Shown one piece after another: positions 1-13,160 of a DNA stretch of 64,000 nucleotides. The notes beneath the pieces are model-generated. The model was not told where the DNA came from, did no database searches, and worked only from the letters and a program-made list of their open reading frames with translations. Origin of the DNA: the human T2T-CHM13v2.0 reference genome, Homo sapiens; assembly GCF_009914755.1 (NCBI RefSeq), contig NC_060926.1, one strand, 5' to 3'. Made by a program: the position numbers and the translations under genes. Every line of letters begins with the position of its first letter. The first letter of the stretch is position 1.

Positions 1-162
1 CTTGGCCTAACATCCAGTAAATGCATTTTTACTGGAACTACACCAAGCCCATTCATATACATTCCCCGTGGCTGCTTTCCATTCACAACGCAGAACTGAG
101 AACTTCTGTTGAGTGACAGAAACTTTATCTGGCTCCCTTCAGAAAACTATGCTGACCCCTGG
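1..162 (+). mobile_element. hAT-Charlie MITE fragment (MER58-like)
   Basis: tttactggaac...cccattcat...tggctgctttc...atctggc...gctgacccctg terminus. Confidence 0.6.
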
Positions 163-222
163 TTTACAGCATAATAGGCTGGTTATACTTTTAAGAAATT
201 TGAGTCCTGAGTTAATATGGAA

Positions 223-278
223 TATATCTACACTTTTAAATATTTTTAAATACATCTACAATTTTAAATATTTTTAAA
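223..278. repeat. 28-bp tandem duplication (two copies)
   Basis: tatatctacacttttaaatatttttaaa followed by tacatctacaattttaaatatttttaaa. Confidence 0.85.
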
Positions 279-804
279 ATTAATCACCTTTTCTCAAGCC
301 AACTCATCAACCATTTTGAAACTATTATTAAAGACCCACTTTTATGAAAACTAACTTTTGGCATATCCAATGATTTTAAGAAGATAAAGGTTTTAAAGTG
401 TCTCCACTTGTTATCAACCCATCAGTTCTAATTTTGAACAAAACTATAATTAAAATGAAATAAAAGAGAAAAACCAGGTTAAAAAATTCCATCCTTCATC
501 TATCTGGCTCCATGGGAAGAAAACCAGAACCACAGACTAGAAGTAATATAAGCAAATAATCAGATCTTACATCAACCAAGGAAGCACATGAACAATTTTG
601 GCAATACAAAACTATCCTTTGAGATTGAGCTACCTGGAAATTGCCCAAAGAAAGGTCTCAAACTGGGATGCTGAGGAGTGGTTCCTGGAAGATAAAATTC
701 TAACAAAAGTGATCCTGACAATCCTAAAGAAAACTTGAACTGTCTTTACTATTAGCTAAAAGAAGGAAAACACAGACACAAAATGACAGTTTGATACACT
801 GTAC

Positions 805-933
805 CTTGCCAATGTTTCATACAATGTTTGTGCGACTTCCTTATATGCATGAAAATCGTATGGAACAGCTTGAAGATTAGGACATAGTTGTTTAGCATGC
901 CCAAAAAACATTCCGTTCTTAATGCCAAGTTGC
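805..933 (-). CDS. REV1: REV1 exon 10 (129 nt)
   Basis: tctag|GCAACTT...GCAAG|gtacag. Encodes QLGIKNGMFFGHAKQLCPNLQAVPYDFHAYKEVAQTLYETLA (ORF 756..953). Confidence 0.97.
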
Positions 934-2407
934 CTAGAGCGAGAACAAAACACAATGGAGGTTATTCTAGGAAGTTTTCAACTCAAATATTTATCAAATA
1001 TGTTGATATCTCCCCATGCCACTAATTTATAATTTCCACTTAACTCCATTCTCATTAGGGATTAAAGATAGGCATTAAAATTTACAGCCTTGTTTTCCCC
1101 CAAAAGTCACAACTGTCTGAATAGTGTAAATGACACATGTAGATGTGCCAACTATGTCATTAAAATACCAGGTTTGGCTCTTGTATCTGAAGCTTTCTCC
1201 TAAAACTCATACCTCTGGCCCCTTTGCAGAGATGCCAGCATGCCATATGCTGGTGATATCACAACCACCACAGAGCAGGAATATGCTGTCAAAAAGAGGT
1301 TTTCTTCCCCTAATACAAGGCACAGTTTGGCCAGGGTTCATCCCCCAAAGACAAAGAATATAAACAAAAGAACTACACAAAACAGTGCTATGTGACAAAC
1401 AGACAAAATGTACTCATCCTATTACCACCCAATTCCCAATTGACCAATTCCATGCTCCTGAAGTGGCTCCACAGTGGTTGAGATGCCAACAGCATTGTAC
1501 ATGGTAGGACATCACTCTGGGCAGGAGCCAGGGTTCCAGAACTTTGAGGGACCTAATTGAAAATGGTAAATTTTAAATCTGTGTGTCTCAGTGCCCCACA
1601 TTACCTTTGACATTTGGAGCATTCACCACAAAACTATAATTATGGAATTATACATAATTAGTAAAATTCTATTTTATCACTCTGTAAAGAATCAAGAAAA
1701 AAAATTATAGTAAAAACAAGCAAAATAATAAAGCAATGTTTCACCAAATTACATATTATATAATAGGATAATGGTTATTCTATATATATGTTCAATAAAT
1801 ATTTACTACACAGCATGGAGACGTGCCTTGTTTTAAGAAACGTATATACAAACAGTTGCCAATTACTCATAGGCCTCTGGCACCCTCCCAACATCCAGAC
1901 CATGAGAGCCAAGAAGAAAGAGTCCTCCAAGTTACTCAGCAGTAGATGCAAAATCACATGCATTTTTATGTTTATAAAAATAGTAATATTATAAATGGTC
2001 TCAGTGCTAAGTCCCTAGTAGATAAGAAATACCTAAGAGGAAGGAAAATGACAGAGTTGTAAAGAAAACAATTCTTGATGTGTCGAGGACTTAGCGAGGT
2101 GCTGGGTATAGGATGGCAAATAAAGCAAACTCCATGACCTCCATGGGGACAACCTTGCACTTGCCTAGAAAAGGATGACCTATGGTCAACAGGCTTTGTC
2201 CACTAATGAAGAAAGTAGATACCTAACAGTTTAGACATATATGTAGAAACATAAAATAGTTTAGAAACTTTATCAGAAAGCAGAAAAAAGGTCTGGTGTT
2301 GAAAAGGGTAAATTTCAGGTAATAATTATGCCAGATATATAGATTCAGCATGTAAAAGCTGAGTTTACAAATTAAAGATAACACATTTTTTAAAAATGTG
2401 TTTATAA

Positions 2408-2700
<293 letters not shown>

Positions 2701-2716
2701 CCCAAATATGTTTATA

Positions 2717-3016
<300 letters not shown>

Positions 3017-3554
3017 TGTGTTTATAATCCCTATAAATATCATGTTCTTATATTTACAATATTTTCATTTTCAAAACATTAATTTACACAAAAATTTTCC
3101 GAAGCACATTACTTAGTAAAATATAGTACATCTACTTATGTACTCATGTAAAATGTACCCAGAGAAAACTGTTTAAGAGCCATTAGACACTATAAGGAAG
3201 TTACAAACAAAAAACGAAAACCTTTTTCCTTTGGTTTGCCTTAGGTTTGCCATACTAAGGGAAGCCAAATACCTTGAGTTGATGGCTGGGAAATGAGCTT
3301 TGTTCCATAGAAAATAAATGAGTAAAGACAATTACAAAAAAGTCCAAAGTGTCTCAAAGTGTCTCTTCATTACCGTGACTCATCTATTACAACTAAAATC
3401 CCATACAGGATAAATTACCAAAACTTCGTTAAGTGTATGCTGCAAAAACAGCTTATTCCTACATTTAAAGCACAGAGGACATATTCTGTCTGGCAATATG
3501 CTTTGTTCAGACAGTTGTATTTGGTGTTGGATTCAACAATATTAAAAAATTGCT

Positions 3555-3847
3555 GGCCGGGTGCGGTGGCTCACTCCTGTAATCCCAGCACTTTTGGGAG
3601 GCCAAGGCGAGCGGGTCACGAGGTCAGGAGTTCAAGACCAGCCTGGCCAACATGGTGAAACCCCATCTCTACTAAAAATACAAAAATTAGCCAGGCGTGG
3701 TGGCGGGAGCAGTAATCCCAGCTACTCGGGAGGCTGAGGCAGGAGAACGGCTTCAACCTGGGAGGCAGGGGTTGCAGTGAGCCGAGATAGCACCACTGCA
3801 CTCCAGCCTGGGCAAAAGAGCAAGACTTCATCTCTGGGGGAAAAAAA
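3555..3847 (+). mobile_element. Alu (AluS-like)
   Basis: Dimer with TSD aaaaaattgc. Confidence 0.95.
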
Positions 3848-5366
3848 TTGCCATCAAACCACTGTCACTGTCCATTCTACATACTAAAATACATCCATAA
3901 AGTAAGAAAGGTAGTGGGTCCTTACAAAAGCACAAGAAAATGGGGTTTAGAAATTATATGACTTTAAAGATCTGTGATTCTAGGATATCTGTGTATCGTT
4001 ACCTATTCATGTACAATCTACCTTCTCACTGATTCCATATAAAGTTTGCTCTCTACTGTAAGTATAGGCCAACTACTAACAGCAGTGCAAACTGTGACCC
4101 ACATATACACATTCTACTTTGTATTTCTACCATTTCATATTCACATTCTATCCTTTGCTGGCCCCATTATTAAGCTATGTATAGTGAAAACTCACCAGTG
4201 CATCAAACTGAGCAGATCATCCCCACAATCTAGTCCCCACTCCAAACTCAGTAACATTTCTCTTATGCAAATTGTTAAAAAAATTTTCCTCAGATAAGGA
4301 AAATATAACCTGTTGGATGGCCACAAAACAAGTATCCAGAAACTATTTTCTAGAAACTTTCACTAGGAATAGCCTTCTAGAAAACAGAAAATCACAATTA
4401 AGGGACAAAAATCTTACGGCTGCATTTTTTTTTTCTTCAAGTTAAATTCATTTTCATCACTTTATGTATCTTCTTAAACATCTGCACTTAAGTGGCACTT
4501 GAATGGCTCACTATATAGTATTCTGTCCTCATATAGTCACCCCAATTATTTTGCAAGGCATGAAGCTTGACCAAATTTATAAAGGTAAATTTATATTTAC
4601 CGTGGGTAAATATAAATGCACCATCCAAACACCCAACAGAAGCCTAGTGCCTACACACAATTGTGGCTCCTGGAGTCCAAAGCCACCAGAGCTGGTGACA
4701 CTTTCACCTGGAGGCAGCCCTGCTCCCCAGCCAGCATTCATCTTGGTGGGGGACTGGGTATGAAGGTATAAAGGGAGAGACCCTGCAGAGGCAGCCTTAG
4801 CAAGGGTAAACGGAGCTCGCATTTTACCAACTAGCGAAATTCAAGGACTGGGAATATTTCTGGGCTTCATCACACCCTCCAGATACTGCACATAACTGTC
4901 TAGCCATCTGAAGTCCAGGCCACCATTCATTAACTTAGTAGAGAAAAAGAGACTAGCCTACTGAGCACAACATAAACTCAGCTCTAGAGTGCCTGTGGTA
5001 ATAAAAAGCAGTATAACAATTCAAAACGTATTTGTATTTGACTTAATTATCATTTAAAGTAAGTTTCAATTCCTTGGCCACAGCATCAAGTGACAATGAA
5101 AACCATTAAAACATAATTCTGTTAATGAGAAAGGCAAAGTTAGCTGGGGAGGAAAAGTTTGGCATGTCATGAATGGAAAACAGTTTAAAATATAAGCATG
5201 CACGTTTGAACTTAATGCTTTTTAACTTAAATATACTTTAAATAAAATAATTAGCAAATTTAAAAAAAACTATTATGATTAGACGATGCTGAGCTCAAAT
5301 ATTTTTTCTTCAGATTAGATGCCTGAATAGCCACAACTCTGAATCAAGACTAAAAAGATGTAACTA

Positions 5367-5814
<448 letters not shown>

Positions 5815-6492
5815 TTATTACTCCCTCTACTTTTACAACTATTCCAATTATTTCAAAACGGTTTTTTAAATTATGAGGAAGATATATATATATGAGTGTG
5901 TGTGTGTTTCTTCCTATACTGAAACAGCCAATTATAATTATGGTTTCAGATCACTATAAGATAAAGACCTATACAAAAAGTTGGTGCTAACAAGTTGACA
6001 ACACTCTTAACACTTTTAAGTGAAGAGATATTAAGAATGCCAATAATTCAATTATTTACTTATAATTGCATAGGCAAATGGGTTTTAACACTAAAAAAAC
6101 TGAGTATCAGGAAGTATGGATTACAAGATTTTTTCTTAGCAATAAAAACAAAAGATTAGAGGGAATAAATATTAAAGTCCTCTTCCATTAAAAAAAAATC
6201 TAATTCTTTTATTTCACTCTTCAAAAGACAGTAAAAACGATGATCCCCAATTTCTTTTGGTTCCTACTACATGACCTATTGGTTCTCATCAGGGAACTAG
6301 TAAGCTGTTTGTTTAAAGTTATCTAGCACTGGTGGGGGGTTGTGGGGGGCATAGATGAGATGATTAAGGCTAAAACCTCATAACACGTCTGTAACATTTA
6401 AATCCACTTCAAAAGATTATAGTTCAAGAAATTATATAAAAATAATTAACCAAATTATTCATTAAGAATTGTAACACACAACTTCTACATAC

Positions 6493-6601
6493 CTGGCCTC
6501 ATAACTACAAGATGCAATTTCAGCCCTTGACAAAACAGAATCAATTCCATTTGCTTGCGCAGAATCTGGATTCTCCCACAATGATGAATCTGGTATATCT
6601 G
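6493..6601 (-). CDS. REV1: REV1 exon 9 (109 nt; 106 nt from the distal NAGNAG acceptor)
   Basis: tttttaaag|CAG|ATATACC...GCCAG|gtatgt. Encodes ADIPDSSLWENPDSAQANGIDSVLSRAEIASCSYEAR (Y-family SYEAR motif). Confidence 0.97.
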
Positions 6602-8439
6602 CTTTAAAAATAAAAAAAAATTAATGGTTATATGTTATAAACTGATTTTCCCTCACTTTTTCAAGAAATTTGTTTTCCATTACTTTCATATAAAAATGTT
6701 CAGTAAATTCCAAATACAGTTATCTCTATTGGTATTATCTCCTTATCTAATAAAAGAAAACTCTAAAATGGTTCGCTTCCATTATATTCTTCATCAGCAG
6801 ATAAAAACTTATAATAAATTCAAAGTGTCCTGGGAGGTTTGTTTTTTTTTTAAATACACCAGAAGATAAATATAAAATATCCTATAACACACAGTCCCTG
6901 GAGGTGGACATGGATGAGAAGTGATCAGGGAGATGAACTCCCTCTTATAACCTTAAAAGGACTGTACAGCTCTCGGTAGTGGGGAAAAGTTAACGAAAAA
7001 TATAAATTTCTCTGAATATTCTTTGCTGTTTCCTAAAAGAACTATCTGTAAAACTTAAAGCTAACTAACGGGTACAACAAACATGAAATTCCTACCATCT
7101 ATCTGATCAAACAATAATTTAGTAGGTCACAAAACATGAAGAGGTTTCATCCTAAATTCAAGCTTTTTCTTTTGTACACATGTCACATTATCCCCCGCTA
7201 CAGGTAATTGTATTTTGGTTTAATAATGCATGTTCAATTAAAAACATTCAAGTGTGATCAGAGTATCGATGCTTTAGAGAACACAACTGGAGCCTAGTGT
7301 GGCTTACCAACATCTCTTAATATCCAAACCAAATTTACAACTTTACACAAGAAAACAAAACCACACACTCTGGAGAGCCTACTGGCTGCATGCCACTTTA
7401 CTTCCTTTGCCACCTTTAGCTTCACTAGTAATTGAGAAATAAATTAAAACACAACTTCATCATAGGTCTCTTGGGATACTACTATTAGGTTCCAGGAAGA
7501 GTATGCTGTAAAAAAAAAAATCACATTCTAAAACCACAACCTCAGCCACATCTCTACTATTATAAACAAAAGTACCATGAGTAAAACAAACCCAAAATAT
7601 ATCACTTCAGCTATTCCAGACAAATCTATTTTGAGTGCACTGTAACAACACATAACTAAGAAACCCAGCATTTCTCTTTTGTTTATTTCAGACTCACTGT
7701 TCTGTGAAGTCAGCCACGTTAATGCACCACCAGGAAAACTGGCAAAGTCTCTGGCTTCATGGGCTTAAACAACTCTTCCTGGTTTGACCAATAATCATCA
7801 GCATCTTTCATCTAACTATGCAACCCATACAAGCATTTCTGGATTTCGGCAACCATATATACACAGCATAAATGCAAATCAAACTGACTAACATCTCGGG
7901 TCAAATCCTACTTGCTTCAAAACAGCAGAGTGTGTAATGTGAGCTAGTTTCTGACATATGAATAACGTATGCTAGCTATACTATTACAAATTAAAGACAG
8001 AATCCCAAGCAGATTACCCAGTGTTTCTGGAGGGTTTTAAAAGGGTAAATATAAATTTTAATAGTCCATTCATCTAAGCTGAAAAACTGTAAGAATTTCA
8101 GGACTGTCAGTATCACACTTCAACAGAGGGTGCTACTAGACCCCAAAAAAAGGAGTGCTGAAGCTTGAACAGCCACAACCAACTGTCTTTCCAAGGTGTA
8201 ACCATGAGTTATGCCTTACAAGTTGGAGAATTACCTGACTTTGGTATCTGAAGGGCTAGTTATCTAAGATATTGTCTTGAAAATAACAGAAAACTTATGC
8301 TTGAGGAGAGAACAGTCTCTGTGGTCCATGCGCCCCCAGTGCCCTGGCCTGAGAGGCAGCACCATCGTGTTCCTCTCCATTGGGCTGGCTGACCTGTTCC
8401 ACAGTGCAGCAGAGTGCGTGGGTCCCTCCACGAGCGGAG

Positions 8440-8960
8440 TGAGTTGCTTCATGTGAGATTCAGGGAAATGCAGGGACACACTGTCCTCACTGGAGGGCAA
8501 AGTAGAGAACTGCTCATCAAAACTTGACAAACTAGACGGGCACATGGAGAATGTGGAGGAACGGTTGGAGAAATCAGAGGCCAGGACCCAAGTCTGTGAA
8601 AAAGAAATCGCTGAGAATAAATCTATGACTAATACGATTTTTAAAACTGTTGTTCTTTAGAATGAAAACTGAAGTTGTCGATGGGATAGAAAACATCTGT
8701 ATCCTGGAAATCCAGGAAGGGGTAAAAGGCCCCAACCATGAAATTTGGAGCATAAATTGTTCCAAACAATGAGATCATCAATGAGAAGTGTGACTACTGA
8801 GTACTGCTCAGGAAGCAGCCTCCAAAAGAAGTCATGGATGGATGAGATACCCTGGTTGCACGGGGCTAATTAAAGAGTTTTTGGATACGACAACTAAGAA
8901 ACTAAAGTTTCAAAAAGGACTAAGGATGCTATTTGTCCTAATACTTTGTCTAGACATATA
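8440..8960 (+). mobile_element. Degenerate L1-clade ORF1 (coiled coil and RRM start) remnant, HAL1-like or very old L1
   Basis: Heptad-patterned frame at 8457-8660, then E-N-*-S-C-R and, after a +1 shift, N-I-C-I-L-E-I-Q-E-G. This is the decayed ENRSRR..NIRILGIPEG ORF1p motif. Confidence 0.7.
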
Positions 8961-10984
8961 AGCCAAACATTAGAACTGATCTTTTTTTTTTCAAAGCTAG
9001 TGCACAGAAGCCAAAGATTCTAATTCCTAAACCGATCCTCAATATTTTTATATTTGGTGCCATGTCTGATAATGACCCAGAGAAAGAAAGATCAGGGAAT
9101 AACAAGCAAAGAGGAACAAAAGCACTGAAAAAAGTTCTGAGCACAAGCTTAGTTGTAATCAAACTTTATAATAAAGGATAATCTATTCATTTTATATGTA
9201 GCAAATATTCTGGTGAGCTCCTAATACGTGAAAAGGCTTAGGATATAAAAGTAAATGACATCAAGTTAAAGTAAGAGTATAAAATACAAACTGTCATATA
9301 ATCTTTTTCTAGTGACGGGACAATCTCCTTTTGACAATTTTCAATGGCAAGTGAAATTTAAATATTTCTCCTAATATTACCTTCTGGTTTACCACCCACA
9401 TTTAGATGTGAAGGGGATGTGATTATAGAAGGTCATTAAAATGTTATAAAAATTAGGTGACTAAACTGATGAAGACAAGTAACCAATGACAGTACTGTGT
9501 TAATAAGCCATTTATAGTAAGATTGTAACAGAAGAAAAGACAAAAGAGGACTAGCTCTCTGCTACTCCTAAGGAATGTGAGCTTGTCAAGGTTAAAATTT
9601 TAAATGTAGGCTGCCGATAAAAGGACGTGTGTAACAAGACTACCTACCAGAGAGACTCTGAGCACTGAAGATGCTACTGCAAGTATATACATGGTGGTTT
9701 TTCTTCTTTCAGCATTCTTTAGTATTTCATAAATGCCTAATATATGACAAGTATTGTGTACTTCCTTAAGCTATTTCTTATTTTCTAGAACTTAAGATTT
9801 CATCTGTTTAATAGCACACAGAAAATACAAAAAGAAAAACCAACCTACCACAAAAACCATACTACCAATACCTAAGAAACTACCTATACCATAATACAAG
9901 TAAATCTCAACAAGTTCAGTAACAGCTACTCCACATCTACTCATGACACACAAAATTCTAGAATCTCAAAAATCTCTGAAAAGATTTAAAGACCAAGAAA
10001 ACCTTTATAAAACTTGGAAATAAATGTACACACAAAGCATAAATATGTATCTGCAATTATGTTATTTCATACTTAAGACCACATAAACAGATGATCAAAA
10101 CCAACAAAAAGACTATAATCCCAAAAAAGGTCCTCAGAGATGTTCGCTGGCTTTCCTTTTGCCTTAATTTCATTGGAGTCATTGTGACAAGCCCAACGTT
10201 TTATAACTGACAAGGGCACTGAAATAACTGCAATAAAACTAAACTGCATGCTTTCCATTTCACTGTATATCTAACTTCTGACTACTTTCTGGGTAATATA
10301 TTTCTGAGAAACTAATTTTAAAAATTCTCTTTGGCTTTGCAAAACAACCATGAGAAAACTAATCAGTTACCAAAAAAAATTTAATTTCTAAGAAAACATT
10401 TCTCAGTGAATTTACTCAGGGGAAAAAAGCAATAGACACATGAAAATCTTAATAAGTATTATGACTAGTACAACTTATGATTTTGCTTATTAATATCCAA
10501 AATTAAAAAGTCAAGAGAGGCAACAAGGTTATTTCTCATAACAGGTTCACTAAAGCATATGGAGAATGATTACTGGTGTTTACTTTTAATTCCAATAAAT
10601 TAAAAGTTCTACTGTTTGTTATTCTACTTCCTCATACAAATCTTGAGCAAGACAAACTTTAACATTCTTACTGTGATACAATAACCAGTAATTAACTCTC
10701 ACAATAGAAAGAGGCTTCTTTAAATTCTGCCCATGATTTTTATCCCCAATCTAAATTTATACAAAGCAAATCAATCATATCTTGTAAAACATTCTTCACT
10801 CTCTACTTCAGGAAAATATCACCCTCCAATTCAACAAAACCTAACAGTGACATCCTTAAAACCCCTGAATGAAAAAGCTAATTGCTACAACTCTGCACTC
10901 ATTTCTATTAACAACCATGCCAAATAGCAAAATCCAGAAGCCATCCACAGGAGCACTAAGACTTCAAAGAGAGCTCATTTGTAC

Positions 10985-11101
10985 CTGCTTTGCCTTTCAG
11001 GATTTTATTCTGGTAATACTGCCACTCCAGCTGGGGGTTAGCGCCAGGACGTAAAGGTGCCCTTCCTGTGCCTCTGTTACTTGTAACAGCCACTGGTTTT
11101 C
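10985..11101 (-). CDS. REV1: REV1 exon 8 (117 nt)
   Basis: cacag|GAAAACC...GCAG|gtacaa. Encodes GKPVAVTSNRGTGRAPLRPGANPQLEWQYYQNKILKGKA. Confidence 0.97.
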
Positions 11102-12486
11102 CTGTGAGGAAAATATTAAATTATTTCTGTATGTGGTACAGGAATGTTAACAACATGTAAGCAAAAATTTTTCAAAGGATTTTAAAAACATGCCTTTTTT
11201 TTCTTTAGCTTTACTTAGACATTAATCCTTAAAGAAGCTAATACTTTAAAGATTATCAATCACCATGTAAATGTCATTTAAGTTTCTTAGCACCTCCAGA
11301 AAAGCCAATTATTTGTGACCATTTTGATACATTTATTCAACCTGAAAGCAGCAGTCAACTCAGCCTTCCATGGTTTTTGTTTGATTTCGTACTGTAGGAA
11401 AGAGGCAACTCAAGAGTCTAGATTCAGACTTAAGTAGTGGGGAAAGAAAAACTAAATTTTTTTTTGTATTTCTAGAGTTAACATCTATACTTATCTCTCA
11501 ATTTTACGCAACAGAAACTAAATACATATGCATAGGAATCACAATCTGACCTACCACATTATCAAACATGAGCATACAGCCCCTCAATTTTTGCTTTAGT
11601 ATAAACTTACTTTCCTGTATCATTTCCTTTTGTATGCATGTTAAGTTACAAGATTACTATAAATTTGTAAAGCAATAGCAGGGATAAATATATATTTACT
11701 TAATGCATTATTCTGAGGACCAAGAAATAAAATCAACAATGCATTAAAAAGCTACTCTATGAAAATCAATTATTTAACATTCTAAAAACTCCTTTCAGAG
11801 CTGAGGAACTACTACCCATGACAAAAATAAAGTCCTGGTTTTAACACAGCAGCTTCTGTGCCATAGTGATTCCTTATTTAAGGGAAGAATTGATTCTCAG
11901 AAGAAAACACTAAGTTATCTCTTTCAGACAGAGGTAAACACTGAAAAACCCAGAATGTATGCTTTTTAAAATACTGACTAGTTCACAAATATCTGCAATT
12001 TCACTAAGACAAAGACTGTCCAGACGACTTAACACATTTTAGCAATATTCAATAATGCAAAACTATCCTACAATCAAAAAGTTGGGATGTTCATGGGCAT
12101 CAGGACAGTTAATCAAGTTATTTGCTCAAGAGAAAGCATAGTGACCCAAGTCTCAAAGACAAGAGCCACCATAAAATTTCCATTCATTAACAAGGAATAA
12201 ATACAGATAAAAATTTAGAAAATGCCCAATACAGATCCTGCCTACATTAGTCTTCGATGACATATCCTTCAGCTGAAGATGAATATTCTTCCCTGAAGAT
12301 CCCTATAGGGAGAAAGAAAAACTCTAATTTCCCTATACCTTCCCTGATAATCGAATATAGAAAATTTGGAAGAACCGATTTTCCCAAGGAAAATCATAAT
12401 TTTTTAAAAAAAGATTTTGTAATCTCTTTGAATATATATTTATAACAATATATCAGTTTTCTTAAAACATAAGCAAGAATACAGAC

Positions 12487-12594
12487 CTTTGAGATCTGGT
12501 CTATTTCGTATACCCACTGATACAAAGAAGCAATCCATATCAACATGCATTATACAGCTCTGATGTCTGGGAGAATTCAATACTGACATATCTC
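12487..12594 (-). CDS. REV1: REV1 exon 7 (108 nt), catalytic motif I (D423)
   Basis: tctag|GAGATATG...CAAAG|gtctgt. Encodes GDMSVLNSPRHQSCIMHVDMDCFFVSVGIRNRPDLK, the Y-family DMDCFF motif. Confidence 0.98.
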
Positions 12595-12959
12595 CTAGAA
12601 GGAAAAAGACAGCATTCAAACCCCAAGCTAATTTTTACTATTTAAAACATCAGGTCTAGTTAATTTTAGAAATTATATTTAAAACATGCTTACACCCAGA
12701 ATGGAGTCTTTTTAAAAAACCAGAATTGAGTACAGATTATTTCTATCACCTCAAGAGAAGCCAAATTTAATTAAGTCTCTAATTAGTCAAAAAGTGCATC
12801 TTAAAATTATTTCACTGTGCTGATTATTTTATAAAAATACAAAGGTGTTGGCATACATTTAGTTACATGAAGCTAAGTAAAACTTTTTTTGATGATCACT
12901 ATTCCATGCAATCTACAAACGCGCCTGGATAAAATAACAACAATAAAAGTGACTACTAT

Positions 12960-13160
12960 TATCCAGTGCTTGGTAGGTGTCAGGCACTGCTGTTAAGAGG
13001 TTTATGTGTATGTATTTATTTAAATTCTCACAACTATGAGGTAGGTAATCGTATCATCTCCATCTTGTAGACTAAAAGTTTAAGTCACATAGCCTATTAT
13101 TAAATGGTTGAGCTGTGATTCTGTCTCAAGCAGTCTGATTTCAGAGCCTTTAAACTACCA
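12960..13160 (-). mobile_element. MIR fragment
   Basis: ctcacaactatgaggtaggt...tctccatcttgtaga...cagtctgatttcagagcc. Confidence 0.65.

Noticed and set aside
7698-7804. Possible exon ending at donor ACA|gtgagt (7698)
   Set aside because: No convincing upstream acceptor with a pyrimidine tract.
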